NCBI GenBank assembly: GCA_902786595.1
Contig: CADADB010000002.1
Coordinates: forward strand, 158,011-222,010
Length of the DNA: 64,000 nt
Source: an uncultured Bacteroidota bacterium
GTDB taxonomy: Bacteria > Bacteroidota > Bacteroidia > Bacteroidales > WCHB1-69
Direction of reading: 5' to 3'
This document shows, piece by piece, positions 29,399-37,027 of the stretch (positions within the stretch are counted from its first letter, which is position 1; each line of letters begins with the position of its first letter). Position numbers and translations under genes: made by a program. Below the pieces are notes generated by a model. The model saw only the letters and a program-made list of their open reading frames with translations. It made no database searches and was not told the origin of the DNA.

Positions 29399-30259
29399 TT
29401 ATTTAATCATACAGAATCTGACGGCGAAATTCAGCGAAATGTCATATCCGTGATAAGGATATTCCGTCGGCATACCCGTATAGCAAATCAACCATAACGG
29501 ATTGTTGTCCAAACTGGTACGTGGCGGTTTGGCATTTGCCGATTTCAGAAGGGAACAATAACCTGCCCTGAGGTCTATTTGAAAAGAGAGTTTAGGTTTT
29601 TTCAAGACAAACTCCACCCCAAACAAAGGATATACCCCAAGTTTCCAAAGCGTTGGTCGGAGTATTGAAACGCCTCCCGACAAGCCAGCTCCGACCATAT
29701 AATAGTAAAGCACCCCGTTTTTCTCAGCAATTTGACGTTGATATAAAAAGTTTTGAGAAAGTTCATATACGTACAGTATAAAACTATTCTCCGGAGAATA
29801 GTTGTTAATGAAAAATCTGCCTGAAAAATCGGTTTGGAAAACACAATTCTTGGAAATGCCGTATTTGATGGAAGGCCCGCCTCCGAGCACGTTAACATTC
29901 AAACCTGCACTAAACTTGTAAAATCCAGTACTATCCGTCTGCATCGGGACCAACGTGTCGTGCACTCGGAGCGTGTCGTGCACGAAGAGGGTGTCATAGA
30001 CCGGCTCTTCCTCCACCACATACAGGGTGTCGCGGTGCTGGGCGAAGAGGGGAGAGGCGAGGGCGAGGAGGACGACGATGACGAGGGACAGACACACACG
30101 TATTGCGCTGCGCGTACCGGTATCGCTGTCTCCGCAGTCCGAACCTGTCTCCAGCATCAAGCCCCACACTGCGCTGCGCTTGTGTGGGGTTAATTGCGCT
30201 TCGCGCGTGTTGCCTCTCCGAGGCTGCTTAAGGAAGTGGTTTCTAATATACATAGCCAT
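29399..30259 (-). CDS. Small beta-rich envelope protein carrying the same N-terminal module but a different C-terminal domain
   Basis: 286 aa. The N-terminal ~75 aa are near-identical to 28454..29302 apart from a ~25-aa insertion. The C-terminal domain is unrelated and ends RFCMIK. Confidence 0.65.
   Translation of the reverse strand: MAMYIRNHFLKQPRRGNTREAQLTPHKRSAVWGLMLETGSDCGDSDTGTRSAIRVCLSLVIVVLLALASPLFAQHRDTLYVVEEEPVYDTLFVHDTLRVHDTLVPMQTDSTGFYKFSAGLNVNVLGGGPSIKYGISKNCVFQTDFSGRFFINNYSPENSFILYVYELSQNFLYQRQIAEKNGVLYYYMVGAGLSGGVSILRPTLWKLGVYPLFGVEFVLKKPKLSFQIDLRAGYCSLLKSANAKPPRTSLDNNPLWLICYTGMPTEYPYHGYDISLNFAVRFCMIK
30162..30189. repeat. Hairpin inside the paralog-specific insertion
   Basis: CCCCACAC-tgcgctgcgctt-GTGTGGGG. 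Encodes TPHKRSAVWG in the n-region. Confidence 0.7.
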
Positions 30260-30267
30260 ATCGGTTT

Positions 30268-30350
30268 ATCACTGATCACTATTCACTATTTACTGCTCAC
30301 TATATTCATAACGTGAAAAAGTGAAAAGGTGACAGCCGGGGGCAAAAATA
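30268..30350 (-). promoter_or_regulatory. Conserved promoter plus leader element, copy C
   Basis: -7 box TATTTTTG (30343-30350), then CCCCCGGCTGTCACCTTTTCACTTTTTCACGTTATGAATATAGTGAGCAGTAAATAGTGAATAGTGATCAGTGAT. Confidence 0.75.
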
Positions 30351-30465
30351 CAAAAAAATGTTACAACTCATTCTTCCACAGCGCATCTTATTTCTCTAAA
30401 TTCATCAGACAATGGTTGTTTTTAGATAAATAAAACATCTTATCCGTCTGAAAAAGAAAAAAATA

Positions 30466-30473
30466 TATCTTTG
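30466..30473 (+). promoter_or_regulatory. -7 box TATCTTTG
   Basis: 28 nt upstream of the ATG at 30502. Confidence 0.55.
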
Positions 30474-30501
30474 CAGCAAAATAAAACCAACGATTATAGT
30501 T

Positions 30502-31932
30502 ATGAACATTGTAGGAAGAACCCAGGAAATAGAAGAGCTTGAGCGATTGTATAATGCTGACAATTCGGAATTTGTAGCCGTTTATGGTCGCCGGCGTGTC
30601 GGAAAAACCTATTTAATCAAGGAAGTTTTCAAAGACAGGTTTGCTTTTTGGCACACAGGATTATCACCTTACGACCGAGACAAGAAATTCCTGCTTCGTG
30701 ACCAATTGCAAACTTTTTTCTATTCATTGCAAGATTATGGATTGCGAGGCGAACCATGTCCAAAATCATGGCTTGAGGCATTCCGCCTTTTGGAGAAATT
30801 GCTTGAGCAAAAGGATAATGGTGAAAAATTGGTGGTTTTCATAGACGAAATGCCGTGGATGGACACGGCGCGGTCACGATTTATACCGGCTTTTGAACAT
30901 TTTTGGAATGGTTGGGCGGCGAAACGTGACAACATCTTATTGATTGTCTGTGGTTCGGCTACATCGTGGATAGAGGACAATATCCTTAACAGCAAAGGTG
31001 GTTTGTACAACAGGTTGCATCGGGAAATCAAACTTCGCCCTTTCACGTTGGCAGAAAGCGAAGAGTATTTCCGCAGCAAAGGGATAGCAATGAGTCGTTA
31101 TGATGTAGCCCAAACATATATGGTGTTGGGCGGCATTCCTCATTATTTGAGTCTTTTCGAGAAAGGTTTCAGCGCGGCGCAGAATATCGACCGCCTTTTC
31201 TTTGAAAAAAAGGCGATGTTGGAAGACGAATTTGACCGTCTTTTCGGATCCTTGTTCAAGAATGCGGATGACCATAAGAAAATTGTCAGATTTCTTTCAC
31301 GGCGAAGAGGCGGTTACACCAGAAAAGAAATTCTCGAACATACGGGCATTCAGGATGGTGGTGGTGCTTCTGAAATGCTCAAGGGATTGGAGGCGAGCGA
31401 TTTTGTCACCTCATACTATCCTTTTGGAGAACGAAAAACAGAACGGTACAGACTTTCGGACCCGTTTTGTCTCTTTTGGCTTCAATTTGTAGATGGTACG
31501 GGGTCTCGGGATGTGCAGTTTTGGCAGAAAAATGCAATCTCTCCACAGTTGAATGTTTGGCGTGGACTCGCCTTCGAAGAGCTGTGTTTCTCACATATTG
31601 CCCAAATCAAACGAAAATTAGGCATCGCTGGGGTCTGTTCCTCTGAGTCTTCTTGGTTGGTGGTTAATGTTGATAAAAAGCAGCAGCTGGATATGCTTAT
31701 CGACCGAGCCGATAACGTTGTAAATCTTTGTGAAATAAAGTTTTATGGAAAACCTTTCGTTATAGACAAATCTTACGACATTATTCTTCGCGAGCGCGTT
31801 CAGACGCTGATGGATGTTGTGCCACACAAGAAGAGCATTCATCTGACTATGATAGTGGCATCCGGACTGAAACAGAACGAATATAGCGGGCAAGTGCAGA
31901 ACGTGGTCACTCTTGACGATCTGTTCGTGTGA
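30502..31932 (+). CDS. AAA ATPase (archaeal-ATPase/DUF234-type) with a PD-(D/E)xK-like C-terminus
   Basis: Walker A GRRRVGKT, Walker B LVVFIDEMPW, and C-terminal D...NLCEIKF. Confidence 0.8.
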   Translation: MNIVGRTQEIEELERLYNADNSEFVAVYGRRRVGKTYLIKEVFKDRFAFWHTGLSPYDRDKKFLLRDQLQTFFYSLQDYGLRGEPCPKSWLEAFRLLEKLLEQKDNGEKLVVFIDEMPWMDTARSRFIPAFEHFWNGWAAKRDNILLIVCGSATSWIEDNILNSKGGLYNRLHREIKLRPFTLAESEEYFRSKGIAMSRYDVAQTYMVLGGIPHYLSLFEKGFSAAQNIDRLFFEKKAMLEDEFDRLFGSLFKNADDHKKIVRFLSRRRGGYTRKEILEHTGIQDGGGASEMLKGLEASDFVTSYYPFGERKTERYRLSDPFCLFWLQFVDGTGSRDVQFWQKNAISPQLNVWRGLAFEELCFSHIAQIKRKLGIAGVCSSESSWLVVNVDKKQQLDMLIDRADNVVNLCEIKFYGKPFVIDKSYDIILRERVQTLMDVVPHKKSIHLTMIVASGLKQNEYSGQVQNVVTLDDLFV

Positions 31933-31948
31933 ATCACAACATCGGGTT

Positions 31949-32023
31949 GTCACTGTTCACTGCTCACTGTTCACTATATTCGTAACGTGAAAAAGTGAAA
32001 AGGTGACAGTCGGGGCAAAAATA
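31949..32023 (-). promoter_or_regulatory. Conserved promoter plus leader element, copy D (orphan)
   Basis: -7 box TATTTTTG (32016-32023), then CCCCGACTGTCACCTTTTCACTTTTTCACGTTACGAATATAGTGAACAGTGAGCAGTGAACAGTGAC. No cognate gene follows. It points into the 3' end of the ATPase gene. Confidence 0.7.
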
Positions 32024-32063
32024 AAAAAAATCGGACAAACAATATTGCATTCGAAAAATATTG

Positions 32064-32071
32064 TAATTTTG
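32064..32071 (+). promoter_or_regulatory. -7 box TAATTTTG
   Basis: 25 nt upstream of the ATG at 32097. Confidence 0.55.
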
Positions 32072-32096
32072 CAGTGGATTTCGAATAAACATAGAT

Positions 32097-33365
32097 ATGC
32101 AAGCATACGTAAAAAGAGACACCTATCTTAATCGGTTGATTGTCAGGAGAAACAACAACATGGTTAAAGCTATAACAGGACCGCGGCGTGCAGGAAAATC
32201 CTTCCTGCTGAATCCTATTTTTAAAGATTATCTATTGGAGCAAGGGGTTCAGGAAGACCACATCATCAGCATTTCTTTTGACATTGAGGATGAAGATACT
32301 CCTCGTGAACTGCTGGACAGGGAGAAGCTAAAAGAATATCTGTATTCACGAATCATCTCAAAAACAGAACCTTACTATGTGTTTTTAGATGAGATTCAGG
32401 AAGTTGAGAATTTTGAGAAGATTGTCAACGGACTGAACAATCGTCCAAATGTGGACGTGTATATCACGGGCAGCAATTCGAAATTCCTCTCCAATGACAT
32501 CATCACGATTTTCAGAGGTCGCAGCGACGAGGTGAACATCATGCCTTTCACATTTAAGGAATTTTGTCAGGACCGGCAAGAGTCAGTCGGTGAATTATGG
32601 AAGGAGTATTACACCTTCGGAGGACTTCCTGCACTCAGGATGATGCCGACATACGAACAGAAAACCTCGTATCTGCAAAGGCTCTGGAAGAAGACCTATC
32701 TCGACGATGTGGTAGAACGGCATCACGTGGAAAACCGAGAGGCACTTGAGGCGATTACCGATGCATTGTGTTCCTCCGTCGGATCGCTGACAAACACTTC
32801 ACGAATCACCAACACATTGGCGAGTGTGAGGAAAATTAAAATCTCAGACGATACGGTTTCCAAATATATCGGATATTTGGAAGAGGCGTTCTTGTTCAAC
32901 GAAGCCAAAAGATACAACATCAAAGGGAATAAGTATTACGAAAACATTAAAAAATACTATTCGGTTGATGTTGGGCTAAGGAATGTCCGTTTGAATTACA
33001 GACAACTGGAGCAGACCCACCTGATGGAAAATATTATCTTCAATGAGCTTTTACATCGGGGTTACGTTGTTGATGTCGGGGTGATCGAAGCTCGAGTGAT
33101 GAAAAATGGGAAATCAGAATACAAACAGTATGAGGTGGATTTTATTGCAACCAACGGGAACGAAAAGTATTACATCCAGTCGGCATACGAGTTGTCCTCC
33201 GATACTAAACGCGAGCAGGAACTTAACTCTCTGAAACGAATTGACGATTCTTTCCAGAAGATTGTCATTGTCAAAGACGATATTATGCCTTATCGAGATG
33301 AAAAAGGCATTTACTTTATTGGATTGTTTCAGTTCCTGATGAGTGACAAGATAGTGGCAATCTAA
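32097..33365 (+). CDS. AAA ATPase (AAA_14 plus DUF4143-type)
   Basis: Walker A GPRRAGKS and Walker B YYVFLDEIQ. The C-terminal EVDFIA...YYIQSAY resembles the DUF4143 nuclease-like core, but with Q/A where E/K are usual. Confidence 0.8.
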   Translation: MQAYVKRDTYLNRLIVRRNNNMVKAITGPRRAGKSFLLNPIFKDYLLEQGVQEDHIISISFDIEDEDTPRELLDREKLKEYLYSRIISKTEPYYVFLDEIQEVENFEKIVNGLNNRPNVDVYITGSNSKFLSNDIITIFRGRSDEVNIMPFTFKEFCQDRQESVGELWKEYYTFGGLPALRMMPTYEQKTSYLQRLWKKTYLDDVVERHHVENREALEAITDALCSSVGSLTNTSRITNTLASVRKIKISDDTVSKYIGYLEEAFLFNEAKRYNIKGNKYYENIKKYYSVDVGLRNVRLNYRQLEQTHLMENIIFNELLHRGYVVDVGVIEARVMKNGKSEYKQYEVDFIATNGNEKYYIQSAYELSSDTKREQELNSLKRIDDSFQKIVIVKDDIMPYRDEKGIYFIGLFQFLMSDKIVAI

Positions 33366-33396
33366 AGATTTCTGTAAAAATACGATTAATTCGCAA

Positions 33397-34617
33397 TCAC
33401 CACTCCACCTCCTTGATTTCCCCCTCGGGACTGCGAAACACAAAGCGTTTCGTTACTCCTTGGCGCTCCAGCAACATATACGTACACATATCCGGGATGG
33501 GAGTGCCGTCAACGCTGATGAGGTAATCACCGTTGCGGAGGCCCTTCTCGTAGGCTTTCGTCCCTTTGCGCACAATCGCCTTCACCGTCCCGAGGGTGTC
33601 GCCCTCCTCGGCAGGAACAAGATTGAGGCCTCTTCCCCTGTTCGCCACGGTGATTTCCGGGTTCCCGTCGTGGGGCAGAAAGTAGAAACTTTTCTTCGGC
33701 GCGTCGATAATCAGCGAGACGTGTTCCAACAAGGCCGAACCGACGGCCCTGTTGTGCGTGGCGGTCGAGACCCACACCTCCTTGAGGACGATGTCGCCGA
33801 TCTCAATCTCAGGGAAACAGAGTTCTCCACCAATAACCGTATCGTAGGAGGCGCCGAAAAGACCGGCGTAGGTCATCACGGTCGTATCCACATTCACCGT
33901 CATCGAATCCAATTGCCGATTGATGTTTGGGTTGTCCTTCGCCCACAGATCCAGCAAATCCTGCGGGAGGCCGAACCAACCGCCGACAGCGCCCATATCG
34001 AAAAGCATTCTCGGGTGGGCAAAGGGAATTTTTGTCCACAGGAAGGGTACGTTGCCATAAACTTTGTAGGGCACCTTGGCGTGTCCTTTCTCCTCTTTGG
34101 CGAAAAAGCCCTTGCGGGAGGTCATGATCAGCAGACTGTCACGGGTGTCGAATTTGAACGAGATGCCTTTGGAGACGAGGTCGAAGCCGAAAGCGCCGTC
34201 AATGATGCCGCAGGTGAAATTACTGAGCCCTTCGTCCACCACCACCGGATAGCCCTTGATGGTGAGATGTCCCATTTTAAGGGAAGGAATCTTCATCATC
34301 GCTTTCTTTTTCGTTCTGTTTTGGGCGTCACGGGTGGTGATACTGGCGCCCATCGGTTGCATCCACGGCTCTTCTTCTCCTATCCAGAACCCTGTCCCGG
34401 CACCCGTGTCGAACATCAGGTTCTTGGTTTCCCCCTCGATTTCCACGGGCACAATGATGGCCCCCTCCCACATCTTTATCTTGATGGTATCGACAAAATC
34501 CTGTTCGGAGATGCCGAAATAGCGGTCGCTCAACCGCTGGGCTGGTGCTTGCCAAAGCACCGCAAACAGCAGCAAAACGGCCGTCGTGATGATTTTTATC
34601 GGATTATTCATTCGCAT
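33397..34617 (-). CDS. Secreted retropepsin-like aspartyl protease with a C-terminal PDZ domain
   Basis: Signal peptide, MFDTGAGTG (DTG motif), a second pseudo-repeat FDMGAVGG, and a PDZ-like GLRNGDYLISVDG. Confidence 0.7.
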   Translation of the reverse strand: MRMNNPIKIITTAVLLLFAVLWQAPAQRLSDRYFGISEQDFVDTIKIKMWEGAIIVPVEIEGETKNLMFDTGAGTGFWIGEEEPWMQPMGASITTRDAQNRTKKKAMMKIPSLKMGHLTIKGYPVVVDEGLSNFTCGIIDGAFGFDLVSKGISFKFDTRDSLLIMTSRKGFFAKEEKGHAKVPYKVYGNVPFLWTKIPFAHPRMLFDMGAVGGWFGLPQDLLDLWAKDNPNINRQLDSMTVNVDTTVMTYAGLFGASYDTVIGGELCFPEIEIGDIVLKEVWVSTATHNRAVGSALLEHVSLIIDAPKKSFYFLPHDGNPEITVANRGRGLNLVPAEEGDTLGTVKAIVRKGTKAYEKGLRNGDYLISVDGTPIPDMCTYMLLERQGVTKRFVFRSPEGEIKEVEW

Positions 34618-34658
34618 CTTTTCGGTTTTTAGTCACTTTCCGTGACGATTTGAGGCCG

Positions 34659-34666
34659 CAAAGATA
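34659..34666 (-). promoter_or_regulatory. -7 box TATCTTTG (minus strand)
   Basis: CAAAGATA on the plus strand, 41 nt upstream of the ATG at 34617. Confidence 0.55.
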
Positions 34667-34765
34667 CACTTTTAGACTTTTGGAACCACCGTCCGAATGT
34701 TAAAGCTATAAAGGTCATACTTTCGCTCTAACTAAAATTCGCATAATTCGTAAAATTCGCCGAAA

Positions 34766-35317
34766 CTAGCGCCACTCCGCGAAGCACGAGAAGCCATACC
34801 AAGTTTCAATGTTGCCCTCTGGCAGGAAGAAATAGAGCGTTTTCAAATCCGCCGGCATCATCCCTTTCTTGACGCTGAAGTAGTTTTCGGGTGTCTGATT
34901 GGGATCATATTCTATCCTCCCCAACCTGCCGAGCATCTGCTCTGCCACGCGGTCGGTGCGCCATTCACAGTAGGTGCGGGCCTGCGCTGGCGAGACTCCA
35001 AACACGGGAGAATACCTGTATGCAGGGTGATTCGCATAGACTTCAGCAAGACTGTCGGGGAGCAGTTGCCGGAGTGCCTGCTTGTCGGGGAGCGCCGCTT
35101 GGTACTCGGCCGACTCCTTCCCGTAGATTTGCTCCAGCCAGTAGAGGTACTCCATCCAATCGACGTTGGAGATTGGATTCTGGTCGCGATAAAGCTCCAT
35201 TGTGATGGCTGTCAGGCCGGGGTGTACTTTCTTCTGGTAATTCTTGACGGTGAGGTGCTGTGCGGAGACACCGGTGGCGCAGAGCCATAACAACACGCAG
35301 AGGAGTTTGCATTTCAT
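34766..35317 (-). CDS. Short SUMF1/FGE-like domain protein (secreted)
   Basis: Signal peptide. NHPAYRYSPVFGVSPAQARTYCEWRTDR resembles the HP..V(S)W..A..YC.W core of the family. Weak assignment. Confidence 0.5.
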   Translation of the reverse strand: MKCKLLCVLLWLCATGVSAQHLTVKNYQKKVHPGLTAITMELYRDQNPISNVDWMEYLYWLEQIYGKESAEYQAALPDKQALRQLLPDSLAEVYANHPAYRYSPVFGVSPAQARTYCEWRTDRVAEQMLGRLGRIEYDPNQTPENYFSVKKGMMPADLKTLYFFLPEGNIETWYGFSCFAEWR

Positions 35318-35406
35318 AATCTTACATTTTGGGTGGGTTCTTTATTATATAAACGTAAGATTTGGGGAGAATCTTGGGTGAAATGTGAGATTTTTTTTGT
35401 TGTTCG

Positions 35407-35414
35407 GGGGGGGG
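35407..35414. repeat. G8 homopolymer
   Basis: cGGGGGGGGt in the divergent intergenic region. Confidence 0.95.
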
Positions 35415-35459
35415 TATAATATATTGAATATCAATAAAATACGGGTTGATATTTGGGGT

Positions 35460-35489
35460 TGTAGAGACGCGCCATGGCACGTCTCTACA
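35460..35489. repeat. GTAGAGACG palindromic element, C-subtype (H5)
   Basis: TGTAGAGACGCGCCATGGCACGTCTCTACA. Confidence 0.9.
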
Positions 35490-35535
35490 TCGCCCTGTTA
35501 CCGTTTCACCGCAAACGCCGTAAATGAAATAAATG

Positions 35536-35543
35536 TATCTTTG
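35536..35543 (+). promoter_or_regulatory. -7 box TATCTTTG
   Basis: Upstream of the ATG at 35613. Confidence 0.5.
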
Positions 35544-35612
35544 CGGTCGTTTACCTAATTGTGGCCCTTTTATGTTTTTTTGCGTCTTAATAAAAAGTGA
35601 ACGTTATTTATT

Positions 35613-36887
35613 ATGAATATGAAAAATATACGACTGACAACCATTTTTCTTACACTTTTACTGTCATATGGACACGTTTGTATGTCCCAGCAGTTAGACA
35701 AGCATATTTTGAAGACTCAGCGGGATATTGACTTGTTTTTTGAAAAATATGATGAGATTTATGATGTGTATCATGACTTTTACAAAGATAAACAGTTCGA
35801 TAAGGCGATTCTCCATCTAAAAGAACTTGTCACATTCTTTGACACAACTGCTATTGACAGTCAGTGGGTGGATGCTAGGATCTACAAGGAAGAAATGACA
35901 GCCGATGTATATTATAATCTTGCATGCTGCTACGCATTGACGGCACAAAAGAAACTGGCATTGGAAACACTGGAAAAATCCATACGCGTAGGTTACAAGG
36001 ATTATCGTAATATGCTTAACGACAGCGATTTTGAGAGTATCAGAGAAGACAAGAAATTCAAATCCTTACTTGAAGAGATTAAGCAATATGACCGATTGAC
36101 GATTTTGCAAAATTCGTCTGCCTATATCAAAGATGACAACGATTCGCTGCCGCAATTTGTTTATCAGGATTCTGGAGACTATCGTTTGTTGAATGTCAGA
36201 AAGTTTTTTGATCTGGACTCCGTTGCCGGTGACGGTGATGAGATTTCCAAGATCCTGAATATCCTTCATTTCGTTCATAAAGTTATCCGGCACGATGGGG
36301 GCAATTTTGCGCTGTGTGAATTTGATGCTATCGATATCTACAATTATCACAAATCAACAGGAAAAGGTGTCAATTGCCGTCATCTGGCCATTGCTTTGAA
36401 TGAGATGTATCTTTCGATGGGCATACCGTCGCGATATGTGACCTGTATGCCATACGACGAGAAAGATCAGGATTGCCACGTCATCAATTCGGTTTGGTCG
36501 TCACAATATCAGAAATGGATTTGGATAGACCCCACTTTCGAAGCATACGTGAAAGACGAAAATGGTAATTTCTTGAGCATCCTGGAAGTGCGGGAGAGAC
36601 TAATTGACGGTCGGCCTCTTTTCTTGAACGAGGATGCCAACTGGAATTATGAGAACAAGCAGACAAAAGAGTATTATCTGGAGGGCTATATGGCCAAAAA
36701 CCTATATTGGTTTGATTGCGTGACAAATTATTGTTTTAATCCGGAGAGCAGATATAGGTATGTGAAGAATAAGCACGTGGTTTTAACACCGTCAACATAC
36801 AAAACGCCATCAACATACGAAAATTCCAGCGATTGGGCCGTTATCACCCACGATGCCGATTATTTTTGGCAAACTCCGACAAAATAA
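35613..36887 (+). CDS. Secreted TPR plus transglutaminase-like cysteine peptidase-fold protein
   Basis: Signal peptide and an N-terminal TPR-like helix region. Candidate triad context: GVNCRHLA (Cys), DCHVINSVW (His), WIWIDPT (Asp). Confidence 0.7.
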   Translation: MNMKNIRLTTIFLTLLLSYGHVCMSQQLDKHILKTQRDIDLFFEKYDEIYDVYHDFYKDKQFDKAILHLKELVTFFDTTAIDSQWVDARIYKEEMTADVYYNLACCYALTAQKKLALETLEKSIRVGYKDYRNMLNDSDFESIREDKKFKSLLEEIKQYDRLTILQNSSAYIKDDNDSLPQFVYQDSGDYRLLNVRKFFDLDSVAGDGDEISKILNILHFVHKVIRHDGGNFALCEFDAIDIYNYHKSTGKGVNCRHLAIALNEMYLSMGIPSRYVTCMPYDEKDQDCHVINSVWSSQYQKWIWIDPTFEAYVKDENGNFLSILEVRERLIDGRPLFLNEDANWNYENKQTKEYYLEGYMAKNLYWFDCVTNYCFNPESRYRYVKNKHVVLTPSTYKTPSTYENSSDWAVITHDADYFWQTPTK

Positions 36888-36902
36888 ACGATATGTAACG
36901 GT

Positions 36903-36930
36903 GTGGGGGCGAGGATAATCATTCTCCCTA
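36903..36930. repeat. Possible degenerate GTAGGGG-type element
   Basis: GTGGGGGCGAGGATAATCATTCTCCCTA. Resembles the copies at 13909 and 26677, with indels. Confidence 0.4.
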
Positions 36931-36956
36931 AAATGCAATTATACCATTTTCGATCC

Positions 36957-36984
36957 GTAGAGACGCGCCATGGCACGTCTCTAC
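36957..36984. repeat. GTAGAGACG palindromic element, C-subtype (H6)
   Basis: GTAGAGACGCGCCATGGCACGTCTCTAC. The core is identical to H5. Confidence 0.9.
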
Positions 36985-37027
36985 ATTACCCCCGCCTCCG
37001 TGCTTATGCGCACGAAGTACAGTCGGA

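Noticed and set aside
31618-31953. 111-aa minus-strand ORF downstream of orphan leader D
   Set aside because: It lies fully antisense to the well-supported ATPase gene and bears no resemblance to the MAMYIRN module. It is kept only as a possible antisense transcript.
33460-34632. 390-aa plus-strand ORF
   Set aside because: It is antisense to the retropepsin/PDZ gene, which has the DTG motif, a signal peptide and a promoter.
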